Shown here piece after piece: positions 1-11,714 of a DNA stretch of 64,000 nucleotides. The notes under the pieces are model-generated. The model saw only the letters and a program-made list of their open reading frames with translations. It searched no databases and was not told where the DNA came from. Each line of letters begins with the position of its first letter. Position 1 is the stretch's first letter. The translations under genes were made by a program, and so were the position numbers. Source of the DNA: the human T2T-CHM13v2.0 reference genome, Homo sapiens; assembly GCF_009914755.1 (NCBI RefSeq), contig NC_060940.1. One strand, written 5' to 3'.

Positions 1-185
1 GGCAGTGGGCTTAGGCATGAGAGGAGCGGAGGAAGTGAAGATTGAGTTGAGACCACTGGCTGGAGAACTTGACCAGGAAGGGAGGGCAGAGAGCGGCGTG
101 GAGTCGGGGGAGGGAATAGGTCCAATGAGCGTCTTAGGATGAAGGAGTTGTGAGCACTCAGCACAGGATAAGCTGATACAAAGAA

Positions 186-880
186 AGGGATGGAGGATGG
201 ATAGACTGACAGATGCATGCACAGAGGCAGGGTTGGATAGCATGACAGATGCATGCACAGAGGCAGGGATGGATAGATGGACAGAGGCATGCACAGAGAG
301 AGGGATGGATAGATGGACAGATGCATGCACAGAGGCAGGGATGGATGGATGGACAGATGCATGCACAGAGGCAGGAATGGAGAGACAGATGAGTGCAAAC
401 AGGTAGGGATGGATGGACAGGTGCCTACACAGAGGCAGGGATGAATGGATAGATGGATGCACAGGGGCAGGGATGGATGGATGGACAGATGCATGCACAG
501 AGGCAGGGATGTATGGACGGATGCATGGGCAGAGGCAAGGATGAATGGATGGATAGATGCATGCACAGAGGCAGGGATGGACAGACAGATGAATGCACAG
601 AGGCAGGGATGTACAGAAGGATGCATGCACAGAGGCAGGGATGGACGGAGGGACAGATGCAGGCACAGAGGCAGGGATGGATGGACAGACAGATGCATAC
701 ACAGAGGCAGGGATAGATGGACAGATACTGGCACAGAGGCAGGGATGGATGGACAGATGCAGGCACAGAGGCAGGGACAGACAGACAGATGCATGCACAG
801 AGGCGTGTATGAATGGTTGGAAGGATGCATGCACAGAGGCAGTGATGGATGGGTGGGGAGATTGGATGGATAGATGCCGG
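186..880. repeat. Minisatellite, ~36-bp unit (GCATGCACAGAGGCAGGGATGGATGGATGGACAGAT-like), roughly 18 degenerate copies
   Basis: Recurrent ACAGAGGCAGGGAT core; ORF 197..406 shows 12-aa periodicity (DACTEAGMDRWT). Confidence 0.9.
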
Positions 881-1039
881 TAGGTCGTTCTTGTCCTGGA
901 GGAGGTGATCCAGGCTAAGTCCTCACACCGGGAGGGGCAGGAGGCGAGCATGGGGAGATACAGCTGTGTGTCCCAGTGCACTGGAAGTTACAGATGACAT
1001 CGATGTCCTGTCCTGATGAAACAGGAAACACAATTGTCA

Positions 1040-1673
<634 letters not shown>

Positions 1674-1829
1674 TCAAAATACCAAACTTCAGTTTCTCAG
1701 AAAAAGGACTCAGAGCAACAAGAGAACCTACAGTCAACAAGGACATTCATCAGCGCACATGTGATTTGAGCAAGACCATTGAAGCCCCTGCTGAACGGCA
1801 GGCTGGCAGAGCCAGGGTACCTGGCCATC

Positions 1830-1915
1830 TACCTTGAAGTCTCTGTGCCTCAGTTTCCTCCTCTGTAAAATGGACATAGGGGACAGGTTTGGTGAGAAGT
1901 GAATGAAAACGTGTT
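1830..1915 (+). mobile_element. MIR SINE fragment
   Basis: MIR core CTCTGTGCCTCAGTTTCCTCCTCTGTAAAATGG. Confidence 0.7.
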
Positions 1916-2699
1916 TGCTACCCCTCTTAGGACTCATGTTTCATGCTTAGATGCTCAGCTAGTGGTTTTAGGGACCGAGAGAAATTTGCTTTTCAGTTCA
2001 CCAGGTCGTTACCTATGAACCTGCCCTGAGCAGTGCTGACCTTAGTTAGAGATGGCCATGAAACTCATCCGCATGGGGTAATTGGGGCCTCCCTGTGGTG
2101 CTGCAGGGCTATGTCTCTGTCTTGGTCTCTTCAGGCCTCTCAGCAGCTGGAGCAGGAGCTGGCAGGCGGCTCACCGATGGATAAGGAGCTGAGCTTTGGC
2201 CAGGGCTGACATGGGAAGCGTCTCGGTCCTGCCGGTCCTGGCGCCTGAGCTGAATCCGGAGGGAAGAGGCTGCTGTGGTGGGAAGAGGCTGGGAGCCAGG
2301 CCTGGCGCTGGGGCCGGCAGGCTGTGTTCTGAGAGTGCCTGCTAGAGGAGCTCTGTGTTCCCAAGGAGATGGAGGAAGACCTGGGGTGGGGGTGGTACAG
2401 GGTAGGGAGAGGAGGGGCAGAGGCTGTGGACAGGGAGATGGGGGAGGGGGGATGGAGGACTCAAGGGATGTAAGGGATATGGCTTGAGGAGGGATGGGGG
2501 CAGGAATGAGGGAAGGTCTTGGGTCAAGGACATGGACCTACATCCCCAGCAGATGGGGGAGATGGGCGGGGGTTGCTGACCATAGACTGGAGCTGGGAGG
2601 AGGGTACGCTGCCAGGGCTGGGGCTGCCAGCAGAGAATGGCACGCACCTTATAGGCTCCTGCCCCTGCCCCACTGCCCCCTCAAGTTCAAGTTTCTTTT

Positions 2700-3012
2700 T
2701 CTTTTCTTTCTTTTTTTGAGACGGGGCCTTGTTCTGTTGTCCAGGCTGGAGTTCAGTGACATGGTCATGCGTCACTGCAGCCTCGACCTCCCCAGCTCAA
2801 GCAAGCCTCCTGCCTCCCTGCCTCAGCTTGGAACCTGAGTAGCTGGGACCACAGGCGTGCACCACCATTCCTGGCTATTTTTTAATTTTTTTGTAGAGAA
2901 GGGGGTTCTCCTTATGTTGCCCAGGCTGGTCTTGAGCTCCTGGGCTCAAGTGAAACTCCTACCTGAGCCTCCCAAAGTGCTAGGATTACAGGAGTGAGCC
3001 ACCACACCCAGC
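2700..3012 (-). mobile_element. AluJ
   Basis: Reverse Alu with T-tract and AluJ-type diagnostic sequence (GCAGCCTCGACCTCC, CCTGGGCTCAAG). Confidence 0.85.
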
Positions 3013-3315
3013 TCCTTCCCCTCAAACTTCTGTGCAAAAAGTGCTCCCTTCCCAGAGGAGGGTCCCCATCTGTGTGTAAGGTGGCCCCTTCCTCTATGTG
3101 TTCTCTGGGTCGCTTCAGCCCTGTGGCCCAGTGTCCAGCACAGCCATGCTGAGTGGGTGACTGGAGACAGGGATCATGGAGGATTGGGGCAGGGGGTGCT
3201 GGGCAGAGGCGGCTGGGGTCACCTCTGGAAGGTGTCCTGCTGTTCCTGTTGGCTGCAGCTGCACTTGCAGGGCCTTCCTGTGCCCCCCTTTCCTGGTGCA
3301 GGGGCACCCTCTGCT

Positions 3316-3825
3316 TGCTGAGACCAGCTTGGTCAGGGAGATCTTAAACCAGGGGCGCTAGAGGAATTAAAGACACACACACAGAAATTCAGAGGTGCGA
3401 AGTGGGAAATCAGGGGTCTGACAGCCTTCAGAGCTGAGAGCCCCAACAGAGGTTTACCCACATATTTATTAATAGTAAGTCAGTCATTAGCATTGTTTCT
3501 ATAGATAATAGATTAACTAAAAGTATCCCTTATGGGAAATGAAGGGATGGGCCGAAGTAAAGTGGTGGGTCTGGTTAGTTATCTGCAGCAGGAGTGTGTC
3601 TTTAAGGCACAGATCACTCAGGCTATTGTTTGTGGTTTAAGAACGCCTTTAAGCGGTTTTCCGCCCTGGGTGGGCCAGGTGTCCCTTGCCCTCATTCCGG
3701 TAAACCCACAACCTTCCAGCGTGGGCGTCACGGCCATCATGAACGTGTCACAGTGCTGCAGATTTTGTTTATAGCCAGTTTTGGGGCCAGTTTATGGCCA
3801 GATCTTGGGGGGCCTGTTCCCAACA
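3316..3825 (-). repeat. 3' LTR (MER9-like), complete
   Basis: Minus strand reads TGTTGGGAACAGGCCCCCC...GGTCTCAGCA (TG...CA termini), 510 bp. Confidence 0.88.
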
Positions 3826-3840
3826 TGTCCCCCCTTCTTT

Positions 3841-4950
3841 GATTTGCAACTCGATAAAAGCAAAGGCAGCTTTGTCACTGTGAGTTACTTCTCGCAGGAG
3901 TTAGGATCCACATCTGCAGACTACACAAAGACAAACAACACAGATTAAAAGCACAATCACATCATTGAAATTACAGAGCTTCCAAGTATTTTTATCCATT
4001 TTAATGGGTTACTAGCTGCAAATCTGTCTGCAGTTCCTTTAAGCACTCCAGTTGCTGGTATTAAGGTCAGGTGTGCCTGGGATGCTTTAAATATTTTTTC
4101 TTTTAATTTTACTGTATCCAAAAAGCTTGTAGAGTGTCCTTCTAGATGCTTTATTCTTTCCCCAATTTTGATCTTATTAAGAGCTATTAATAGTTTCTAC
4201 AAATCCTTAATGTTTAGCTCCTACAGCGGGCCTTATCGTTTGAGGTTGAGGTGCCACTATACCAGCATGGTTCCAGATAATAGGAACTTTTGCCATACTT
4301 CTTATTGTTTCTACCATCTGACCGTTTTGTTCAGACCAGCTGCACATAGTGTGGCCGTGGCACGCAGGCTGAGAGGTGCAATTTAAGCTAAACATCCCCT
4401 TAGGGGACCAATTAACAGTGATTCCATAGGAATCGTTGCGCAGCACCTCTGCCTGTTCTGCAATGCAATCTTCCTAAACAAGTACGTTCATTTTTTCTGG
4501 CCAGGTTCAATTTTGTTTACAAATAGGTTTTTAAGGGCGGTATGCCTCAATTATAGGAGCAGATTATGGTAAATACTGAGATCAGAAAGCATGTGTAACT
4601 GTGTCATAGAGTGATTACATCTAGGCATTATTGCCAGCCAAGGTTGATAAATATGCCCAATAAGTATAATTGTTCTCTGTGTCAGCCCTTGTTGAAGGAA
4701 TACTCACAGCAGTGGTGATAACTGCTATCATAGCTACCATGAAATTACTCATTGTGACTGGTTGTCCCGCTTTCCTCAGGTTTTCTTCTGCCATCTGTGA
4801 CAGCTTCTTGATCTGTCCCCAGGTGGGTGGCTGTGTTCGACAGGTGTTGCTCGTGACAGTTGGGGTCCTCCTCAGCGTCAGTCTCAACATGGCTGCAACT
4901 GGGGCGTCCTCGGGATCCTCCCGGAGTCTCTTCCTCAGCATCTGGCTCAT
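3841..4950 (-). pseudogene. env remnant (signal peptide and partial SU; TM largely deleted)
   Basis: ORF 4621..4950: PPTWGQIKKLSQMAEENL...MVAMIAVITTAV...NYTYWAYL, typical of HML env leader/SU start; downstream stops. Confidence 0.8.
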
Positions 4951-5905
4951 GATAAGATTTCAGGTGTCTTGATGGTATCCAGATCAGCTGTTGATTTTGG
5001 CCTGGAGAAACACAAGCATAACTTCTACCCCAAGTTATTATTTTACCTGTTTCCCAACTTTTTGTTATCAGATCTCTCCACCAAACCAGTTGTTCTGCTT
5101 CTGTCTTTGCAGCTGGTTTCTGGAGATGCTGTTCAGCTGCTGATGACATCTGGCCTTTGGGCAGGTTCAAAAAATCTAAAGTTAATAATGCTAGATTCAA
5201 TTGTGTATGGACTGTCCCATAATCCCTATCTCTCCCCCTTTTTTGTTTTTGTCATCAGTTGTTTATCTGTATGAAATAGTAACTGAGCATTTTTAATTAA
5301 CTGTGTGGAATGAACCACATATGAAGAATCAGAAATCACATTAATAGGCTATCAAAAGCAGTCAATACCTCAATTACAGCTACAAACTTTGCTTTTTATA
5401 AGGCATCTGGAAAACTACTTTTTGAGCCAGAATAAGAAGCTTTACCATTACTAGACCCATCTGTAAAACAATGAAAACACTTAGCAGGCTGCAGGTTGTT
5501 GACTGCAGGAATGGTAAATGCAAACCATTCACAGTCTTGCTTAGCTAAGGGGATAGTAAAGAAACAGTCTTTTAAATCTATGACTATTAAAGGCCAACTT
5601 TTTGGAATTATAGCAGGAGAAGGCAATCCTGGCTGTAATGCTCCCATAGGTTGTGTAACTGAATTAATGGCTCTTAAGTCGGTTAACATTTTCTATTTAC
5701 CTGATTTTTTTTTTAATTATGAAAACTGGAGAATTCCAAGGGGAAAATGTTGGCGCTATGTGCCCATTTTCTAATTGTTCAGTAACTAATTTCTCTAAAG
5801 CCTCCAGTTTCTATTTACTTAGCGGCCATTTTTCTATCCAAATTGGCTTTTCTGTTAACCGTTTTAAAGGTGTAGGTTCTGGAGGCTTAACAGTGGCCAC
5901 CATCA
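4951..5905 (-). pseudogene. pol remnant: RT N-terminus joined to an RNase H fragment and integrase C-terminus
   Basis: [10 protein letters not shown]...[12 protein letters not shown]...FAFTIP (RT) runs directly into [10 protein letters not shown] (RNase H); ORF 4745..5200 has VWWRD...ITWGRSYACVSPG...WIPSRHLK (IN C-terminus). Confidence 0.85.
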
Positions 5906-6830
5906 AAAATGATATCCTAAGCCTTGGCGGGAACTTGTCTTTCCAATTGAAGTGGTTCTTTCAAACCTTGCAAATTTTTTTTCTAGTCACCTACCAGGGA
6001 CATGCCCCATTTCATGCATGATATGTTGACTTTGAGGGCTATATAATTGTTCTGGAGTTAGAACTTGTGCTCCCCATTGTTGTAATAAATCTCTTCTCCA
6101 TAAATTTATAGGCACAGAAGTTATAATTGGTTGAATATTCCCAGGTTGTCCATCGGGCCCCTCACAATGCAAAATATAACTACTTTGATATACTTCAGGG
6201 GCTTTACCAACTCCAACTATGTTAAATTGAGCGGGTTGACTTGGCCATGCGGATGGCCAGTGCTGTAGAGAAATGATTGAAATGTCTGCTCCTGTATCTA
6301 CCAAACCTTTACATTTCTTTCCCTGAATAGTTATTTCACAGGTAGGACGTTTATCAGCAATTTGATTGACCCAATAAGCCACTTTGCCTTGTTTATTTGT
6401 GCTTCCAAATCCTCCTGTTCCTTTAGTTCCACTTTTCCCCATTCCCACATACGGCACAATCAGGAGCTGTGATACACATTCTCCTGGCTCTGCTTTCCAG
6501 GGAACAGAAGTAGATATAACAGTTTGAATTTCCCCATCGTGATCCGAATCAATGACTCCTGTATGTATTTGTCCCCTTTTAAACTTAAACTAGACCTTCC
6601 TAAAAGTAATCCTATTGCCCCGCTGGCACGGGTCCACAGACTCCTGTTGAGACCTTTCGCGGGTGTTCCCCTGGCAGAAAGCTCACGGCTTTCGTGCAGC
6701 ATCAATCTACTGCGGCACTACCGGCTGCGGCGGGGGACAGACATTGTACGGGGGTGAGGGAAGGGCCTCAGCTGGAAATGCCCTGATTTAGAACCGGGCC
6801 CGGGACGGGCACCTCATGGCATTTCCCGAA
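5905..6830 (-). pseudogene. dUTPase-protease (pro) remnant
   Basis: ORF 5987..6457 contains dUTPase motif-5-like GTGGFGST and the aspartic protease LVDTGAD; the dUTPase 5' part is frameshifted. Confidence 0.85.
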
Positions 6831-7450
6831 ATTGGGTTTCCAGCTTTATCAAACTTAGAGTGACACTGATTAGCCCAATGTTTTCCTTTTTTACATTTTG
6901 GACATATTTCAGGCTCAGCAGTTTTCTTTGATATTTTCTACATTCTTTTTTAGTATGAATATCTTGTTTAAATTCTTTGAGTAATTTAAAAGGGAAAGGC
7001 TCAAATGTAGCTATAATATTTCCCTGTTGATCTGGGGGGTGTATTCTAACAGGGAACTGTCAAGCCTCTAAATCACCCCCTCGTCTAGCTTGCTGAATTC
7101 CTGCCTGAATAGAACTGAGAGAGGTCGCTTGAGGTGCTGCTCAGTCACTGGAGCAACTACTTTTCGCCCAGTATCCTCCGGAAAAGAAAGATCTGGAGGG
7201 TCAGGCCGCCCTTTTTCTTCAAAATAATAAGTAGGGGGTGCAGAAGGGTAGGGATGAACGTCTCCCTCCTTTGCCGCTTTAGCTTTAGCTGGCAAACAAA
7301 CCTGCTCTGTAACCTCTTCTGTTACTTCGTTATACTCTCCTCCCTCCTCATTAGCTTGAAAAGGTTCCAAGGTGGAAGGAACCAGACCCCAAACCAATCC
7401 CATTGTTACCCTGATGCTTCCGAGCTCCCCTTCTTACTCACCATGGGGAT
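6760..7450 (-). pseudogene. gag remnant (partial MA region and NC zinc knuckle; CA mostly missing)
   Basis: Minus strand ~6855-6905 encodes [14 protein letters not shown] (CCHC knuckle); ORF 7068..7403 has PYPSAPP and PDPP motifs. Confidence 0.75.
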
Positions 7451-7534
7451 TGCTTTAAGAATACTCGGGTGTCCTCCAGCTCCTTCCACATTCTCCAACC
7501 ATCGCTCCGGCGACCCTTCGACCTGGATTCGAGC

Positions 7535-7987
7535 CTCGGTCGGGGAGACCCTAACCCAGCGGCGCTAGAGGAATTAAAGACACACACACAGAAGTACAGA
7601 GGTGTGAAGTGGGAAATCAGGGGTCTCACAACCTTCAGAGCTGAGAGCCCCAACAGAGGTTTACCCAAGTATTTATTAACAGCAAGTCAGTCATTAGCAT
7701 TGTTTCTATAGATATTCCATTAATTAAAAGTATCCCTTATGTGAAGCGAAGGGACGGGTCGAAATAAAGGGGTGGCTCTGGCTAGTGAACTGCAGCAGGA
7801 GCATGTCCTTAAGGCACAGATCGCTCAGGCTATTGTTTGTGGTTTAAGAACGCCTTTAAGCGGTTTTCCATTCTGGGTAGGCCAGGTGTTCCTTGCCCTC
7901 ATTCCGGTAAACCCACAACCTTCCAGTGTGGGCGTCATGGCCATCATGAATGTGTCACAGTGCTGCAGAGACTTTGTTTATAGCCAG
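7535..7987 (-). repeat. 5' LTR (MER9-like), truncated at both ends, PBS deleted
   Basis: Aligns to the 3' LTR but lacks about 45 bp of the U3 start and the last ~12 bp of U5; no TGGCG.. PBS at the internal junction. Confidence 0.85.
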
Positions 7988-8110
7988 GAAACCAACACCT
8001 GTGGGCCTCCGTCTCCCAGGGTCAGGAAAAGGCTGAGAGGCCTGGGTGTGGCCAGGGCCTGGGGCTGACACCCCCACCTACAGACCCTGAATGGTGCTCC
8101 CATTCCACAG

Positions 8111-8458
8111 GAGCTCACTCCTCTACTTGAAAAAGAAAGGGATGGATTACGGTGCCGAGGCAACAGATCCCCTGTCCCGGATGTTGAGGATCCCGCAACC
8201 GAGGAGCCTGGGGAGAGCTTTTGTGACAAGGTCATGAGATGGTTCCAGGCCATGCTGCAGCGGCTGCAGACCTGGTGGCACGGGGTCCTGGCCTGGGTGA
8301 AGGAGAAGGTGGTGGCCCTGGTCCATGCAGTGCAGGCCCTCTGGAAACAGTTCCAGAGTTTCTGCTGCTCTCTGTCAGAGCTCTTCATGTCCTCTTTCCA
8401 GTCCTACGGAGCCCCACGGGGGGGGCAAGGAGGAGCTGACACCCCAGAAGTGCTCTGA
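8111..8458 (+). pseudogene. IL32: Isolated copy of the IL32 terminal coding exon with a +1 frameshift near the C-terminus
   Basis: Acceptor CCATTCCACAG|GAG at 8110/8111; translates [62 protein letters not shown]... (IL-32 C-terminus). No upstream IL32 exons in the window; a G8 run shifts the frame, and the canonical TGA at 8475-8477 is out of frame. Confidence 0.85.
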
Positions 8459-8630
8459 ACCCCAATCCTCAAAATGAAGATACTGACACCACCTTTGCCC
8501 TCCCAGTCACCGCGCACCCACCCTGACCCCTCCCTCAGCTGTCCTGTGCCCCGCCCTCTCCCGCACACTCAGTCCCCCTGCCTGGCATTCCTGCCGCAGC
8601 TCTGACCTGGCGCTGTCGCCCTGGCATCTT

Positions 8631-8636
8631 AATAAA
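8631..8636 (+). terminator. AATAAA polyadenylation signal of the IL32-type exon
   Basis: Canonical hexamer about 155 nt after the canonical stop. Confidence 0.75.
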
Positions 8637-8644
8637 ACCTGCTT

Positions 8645-8713
8645 ATACTTCCCTGGCAGGGGAGATACCATGATCGCGGAGGTGGGTTTCACAGGACAAG
8701 GCTGATCTGTTGC
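8645..8713 (+). pseudogene. U1 snRNA retropseudogene, 5' part (nt ~1-69)
   Basis: ATACTTCCCTGGCAGGGGAGATACCATGATCGCGGAGGTGGGTTTC... versus U1 ATACTTACCTGGCAGGGGAGATACCATGATCACGAAGGTGGTTTTC. Confidence 0.92.
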
Positions 8714-8753
8714 TGTATTAGTCCATTTTCACACAGCTATAAAGAATGCCTGA

Positions 8754-9078
<325 letters not shown>

Positions 9079-9226
9079 TTATAAACAAAAGAAATTTAAT
9101 TGACTCAAAGTTCCACATGGCTGGGGAGGCCTGAGGAAACTTGCAATCATGGGGGAAGGCTAAAGAGAAACAACGCACGTCCTACATGGCAGCAGGAGAA
9201 GCAAGGTTGGGGGAACTGCTATACAT

Positions 9227-9654
<428 letters not shown>

Positions 9655-10800
9655 TGAGATGATTTGGGTGAGGACACAGAGAAAACCACCTCATTCTGCC
9701 CCTGGACCCTCCCAAACCTCATGTCCTTCTCACATTTCAAAACTCAATCATGCCTTCCCAACAGTCCCCCAAAGTCTAAACTCATTCCAACATCAACCCA
9801 AAAGGCCAATCCAAAGTCTCACCTGAGACAAGGCAAGTCTCTTCTGCCTATAAGCCTGTAAATTCAAGTTAGTTACTTCCAAGACACATTGGGGGCACAG
9901 GCATTGGGTAAATGTTCCCTTTCCAAAATGGAGAAATTGGCCAAAAAAGGGGGCTACAGGCCTCAGGCAAGACCCAAATCCACCAGGGCAGTCGTTAAAT
10001 CTGAAAGCTCCCAAGCGATCCCTTTGGCTCCATGTCTCACGTCCAGGGCTCGCTGATGCAAGGGGTGGGTTCCCAGGGCCTCGGGCAGCTCTGCCCCTGT
10101 GGCTCTGCAGGGTGCAGCCCCCGCAGCTGATTTCATGGGCTGGTGCTGAGTGCCTGCGGCTTTTCCAGGCACAGCGTACAAACTCTTGGTGGATCTACCA
10201 TTCTGGGGTCTGGAGGAGAGTGGTCTTCTTCTCACAGCTCCACTAGGCAGTGCCCCAGTAGAGAGCCTGTGTGGAGGCTCCAACCTCACATTTCCCCTCT
10301 GCATTGTCCTAGTAGCCGTTCTCCATGACAGCCCTGCCCCTGACGCTGACCTCTGCGTGGTCGTCCAGGCATTTCATAGGTCCACTGAAATCTAGGCGGA
10401 GGCCCCCAAAGCCCAGCTCTTGTCTTCTGCAGACCTGCAGGCCCAACACCACGTGGAAGCTGCCAAGGCTTGGGACTTGCACCTCCTGAAGCGACGGCCT
10501 GAGCTGTACCTTGGCCTTCTTTAGCCACAGCTGGAGCTGGAGTGGCTGGGGCACAGGGCGATGTCCCAAGGCTGCACAGAGCAGCAAGGCCCTGGGCCTA
10601 GCTTGAATTTCTCCCCAGAAAAAATTTTTCTTTCTACCACATGGTCAGGCTGCAAATTTTCCAATCTTTTATGCTCTGCTTCCCTTTTAAATGTAAGTTC
10701 TAATTTCAAACCATTTCTTTGTGAGTGCATATAACCATACGCTTTTAGGAAAAGACAGGTCACCTATTGAATGCTTTGCTGCTTAGAAATTTCTACTGCT

Positions 10801-11087
10801 GGCCTGGTGCAGTGGCTCACACCTGTAATCCCAGCACTTTAGGAGGCTGAGGCGGTCAGATCACGAGGTCAGGAGATTGAGATCATCCTGGCCAACATGG
10901 TGAAACCCCGTCTCTACTAAAAATACAAAAATTAGCTGGGTATGGTGGCGTGTCCTATAATCCCAGCTACTTAGGAGGCTGAGGCAAGAGAATCACTTGA
11001 ACCAGGGAGTCAGAGGTTGCAGTTAGCCGAAATCAAGATCATGCCACTTCACTCCATCCTGGTGACACAGAGAGACACCCTCTCAAA

Positions 11088-11112
<25 letters not shown>
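10801..11112 (+). mobile_element. AluS inserted in the MaLR internal region
   Basis: Full Alu with TSD AGAAATTTCTACTGC. Confidence 0.9.
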
Positions 11113-11118
<6 letters not shown>

Positions 11119-11714
11119 TTTCTACTGCAGGACATGCTAAGTCATCTGTCTCAAGTTCAAAGTTCCACAGGGCAGGGGCAAAATTCCTTCAGTCTCTTTG
11201 CTAAAGCATAGCAAGGGTCTCCTTTACTCCAGTTCCTAGCAAGTTTCTTATCTCCATCTGAGACCACCTCAGCCTGGACTTGATTATGCATATCACTATC
11301 AGCATTTTGGTGAAAGCCATTCAACAAGTCTCTAGGAAGTTCCAGACTTTCCCATATCTTCCTATCTTCTTCTGAGTCCTCCAAACTGTTCTACCCTCTT
11401 CCTGTTACCCAGTTCCAAGGTTGCTTCCACATTTTCAGGTTATCTTTATAGCAGTGCCCCACGCCTGATACTAATTTTCTCTATTAGTCCGTTTTCACAC
11501 TGCTGTAAAAAATACCTGAGACTGGGTAATTTATAAAGAAAAAAGGATTAATTGACTCACAGTTCCAAAAAACTGGGGAGGCCTCAGGAAACTTACAATC
11601 TTGGTGAAAGGCGAAGGGAAAGCAAGGCACGTCTTACATGGCGGCAGGGGAGAGAGAGAGGGAGAGAGAAAGAAAGCAGGGAACTGCCAAACACTTTTAA
11701 AACATTAGATCTCA

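Larger units (their letters stand above)
3316..7987 (-). mobile_element. HERV-K(HML-3)/HERVK9-like provirus with MER9 LTRs, internally deleted (~4.7 kb)
   Basis: Two direct-repeat LTRs (3316-3825, 7535-7987) flank betaretroviral gag-dUTPase/pro-pol-env remnants; polypurine tract next to the 3' LTR (3826-3840). Confidence 0.9.

Noticed and set aside
186-880. 36-bp repeats as a CRISPR array or a repeat-protein gene
   Set aside because: Units are contiguous with no unique spacers, the DNA is eukaryotic, and the ORFs arise simply from a stop-poor repeat.
2125-2300. Exon-like stretch after an acceptor-like TCTCTTCAG (ASQQLEQELAGGSPMDKELSFGQG*)
   Set aside because: No recognisable homolog or partner exons; would need a homology search to support.
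4621-7403. HERV-K ORFs as functional retroviral genes
   Set aside because: Fragmented by stops, frameshifts and large deletions; RT catalytic motif and PBS are missing.
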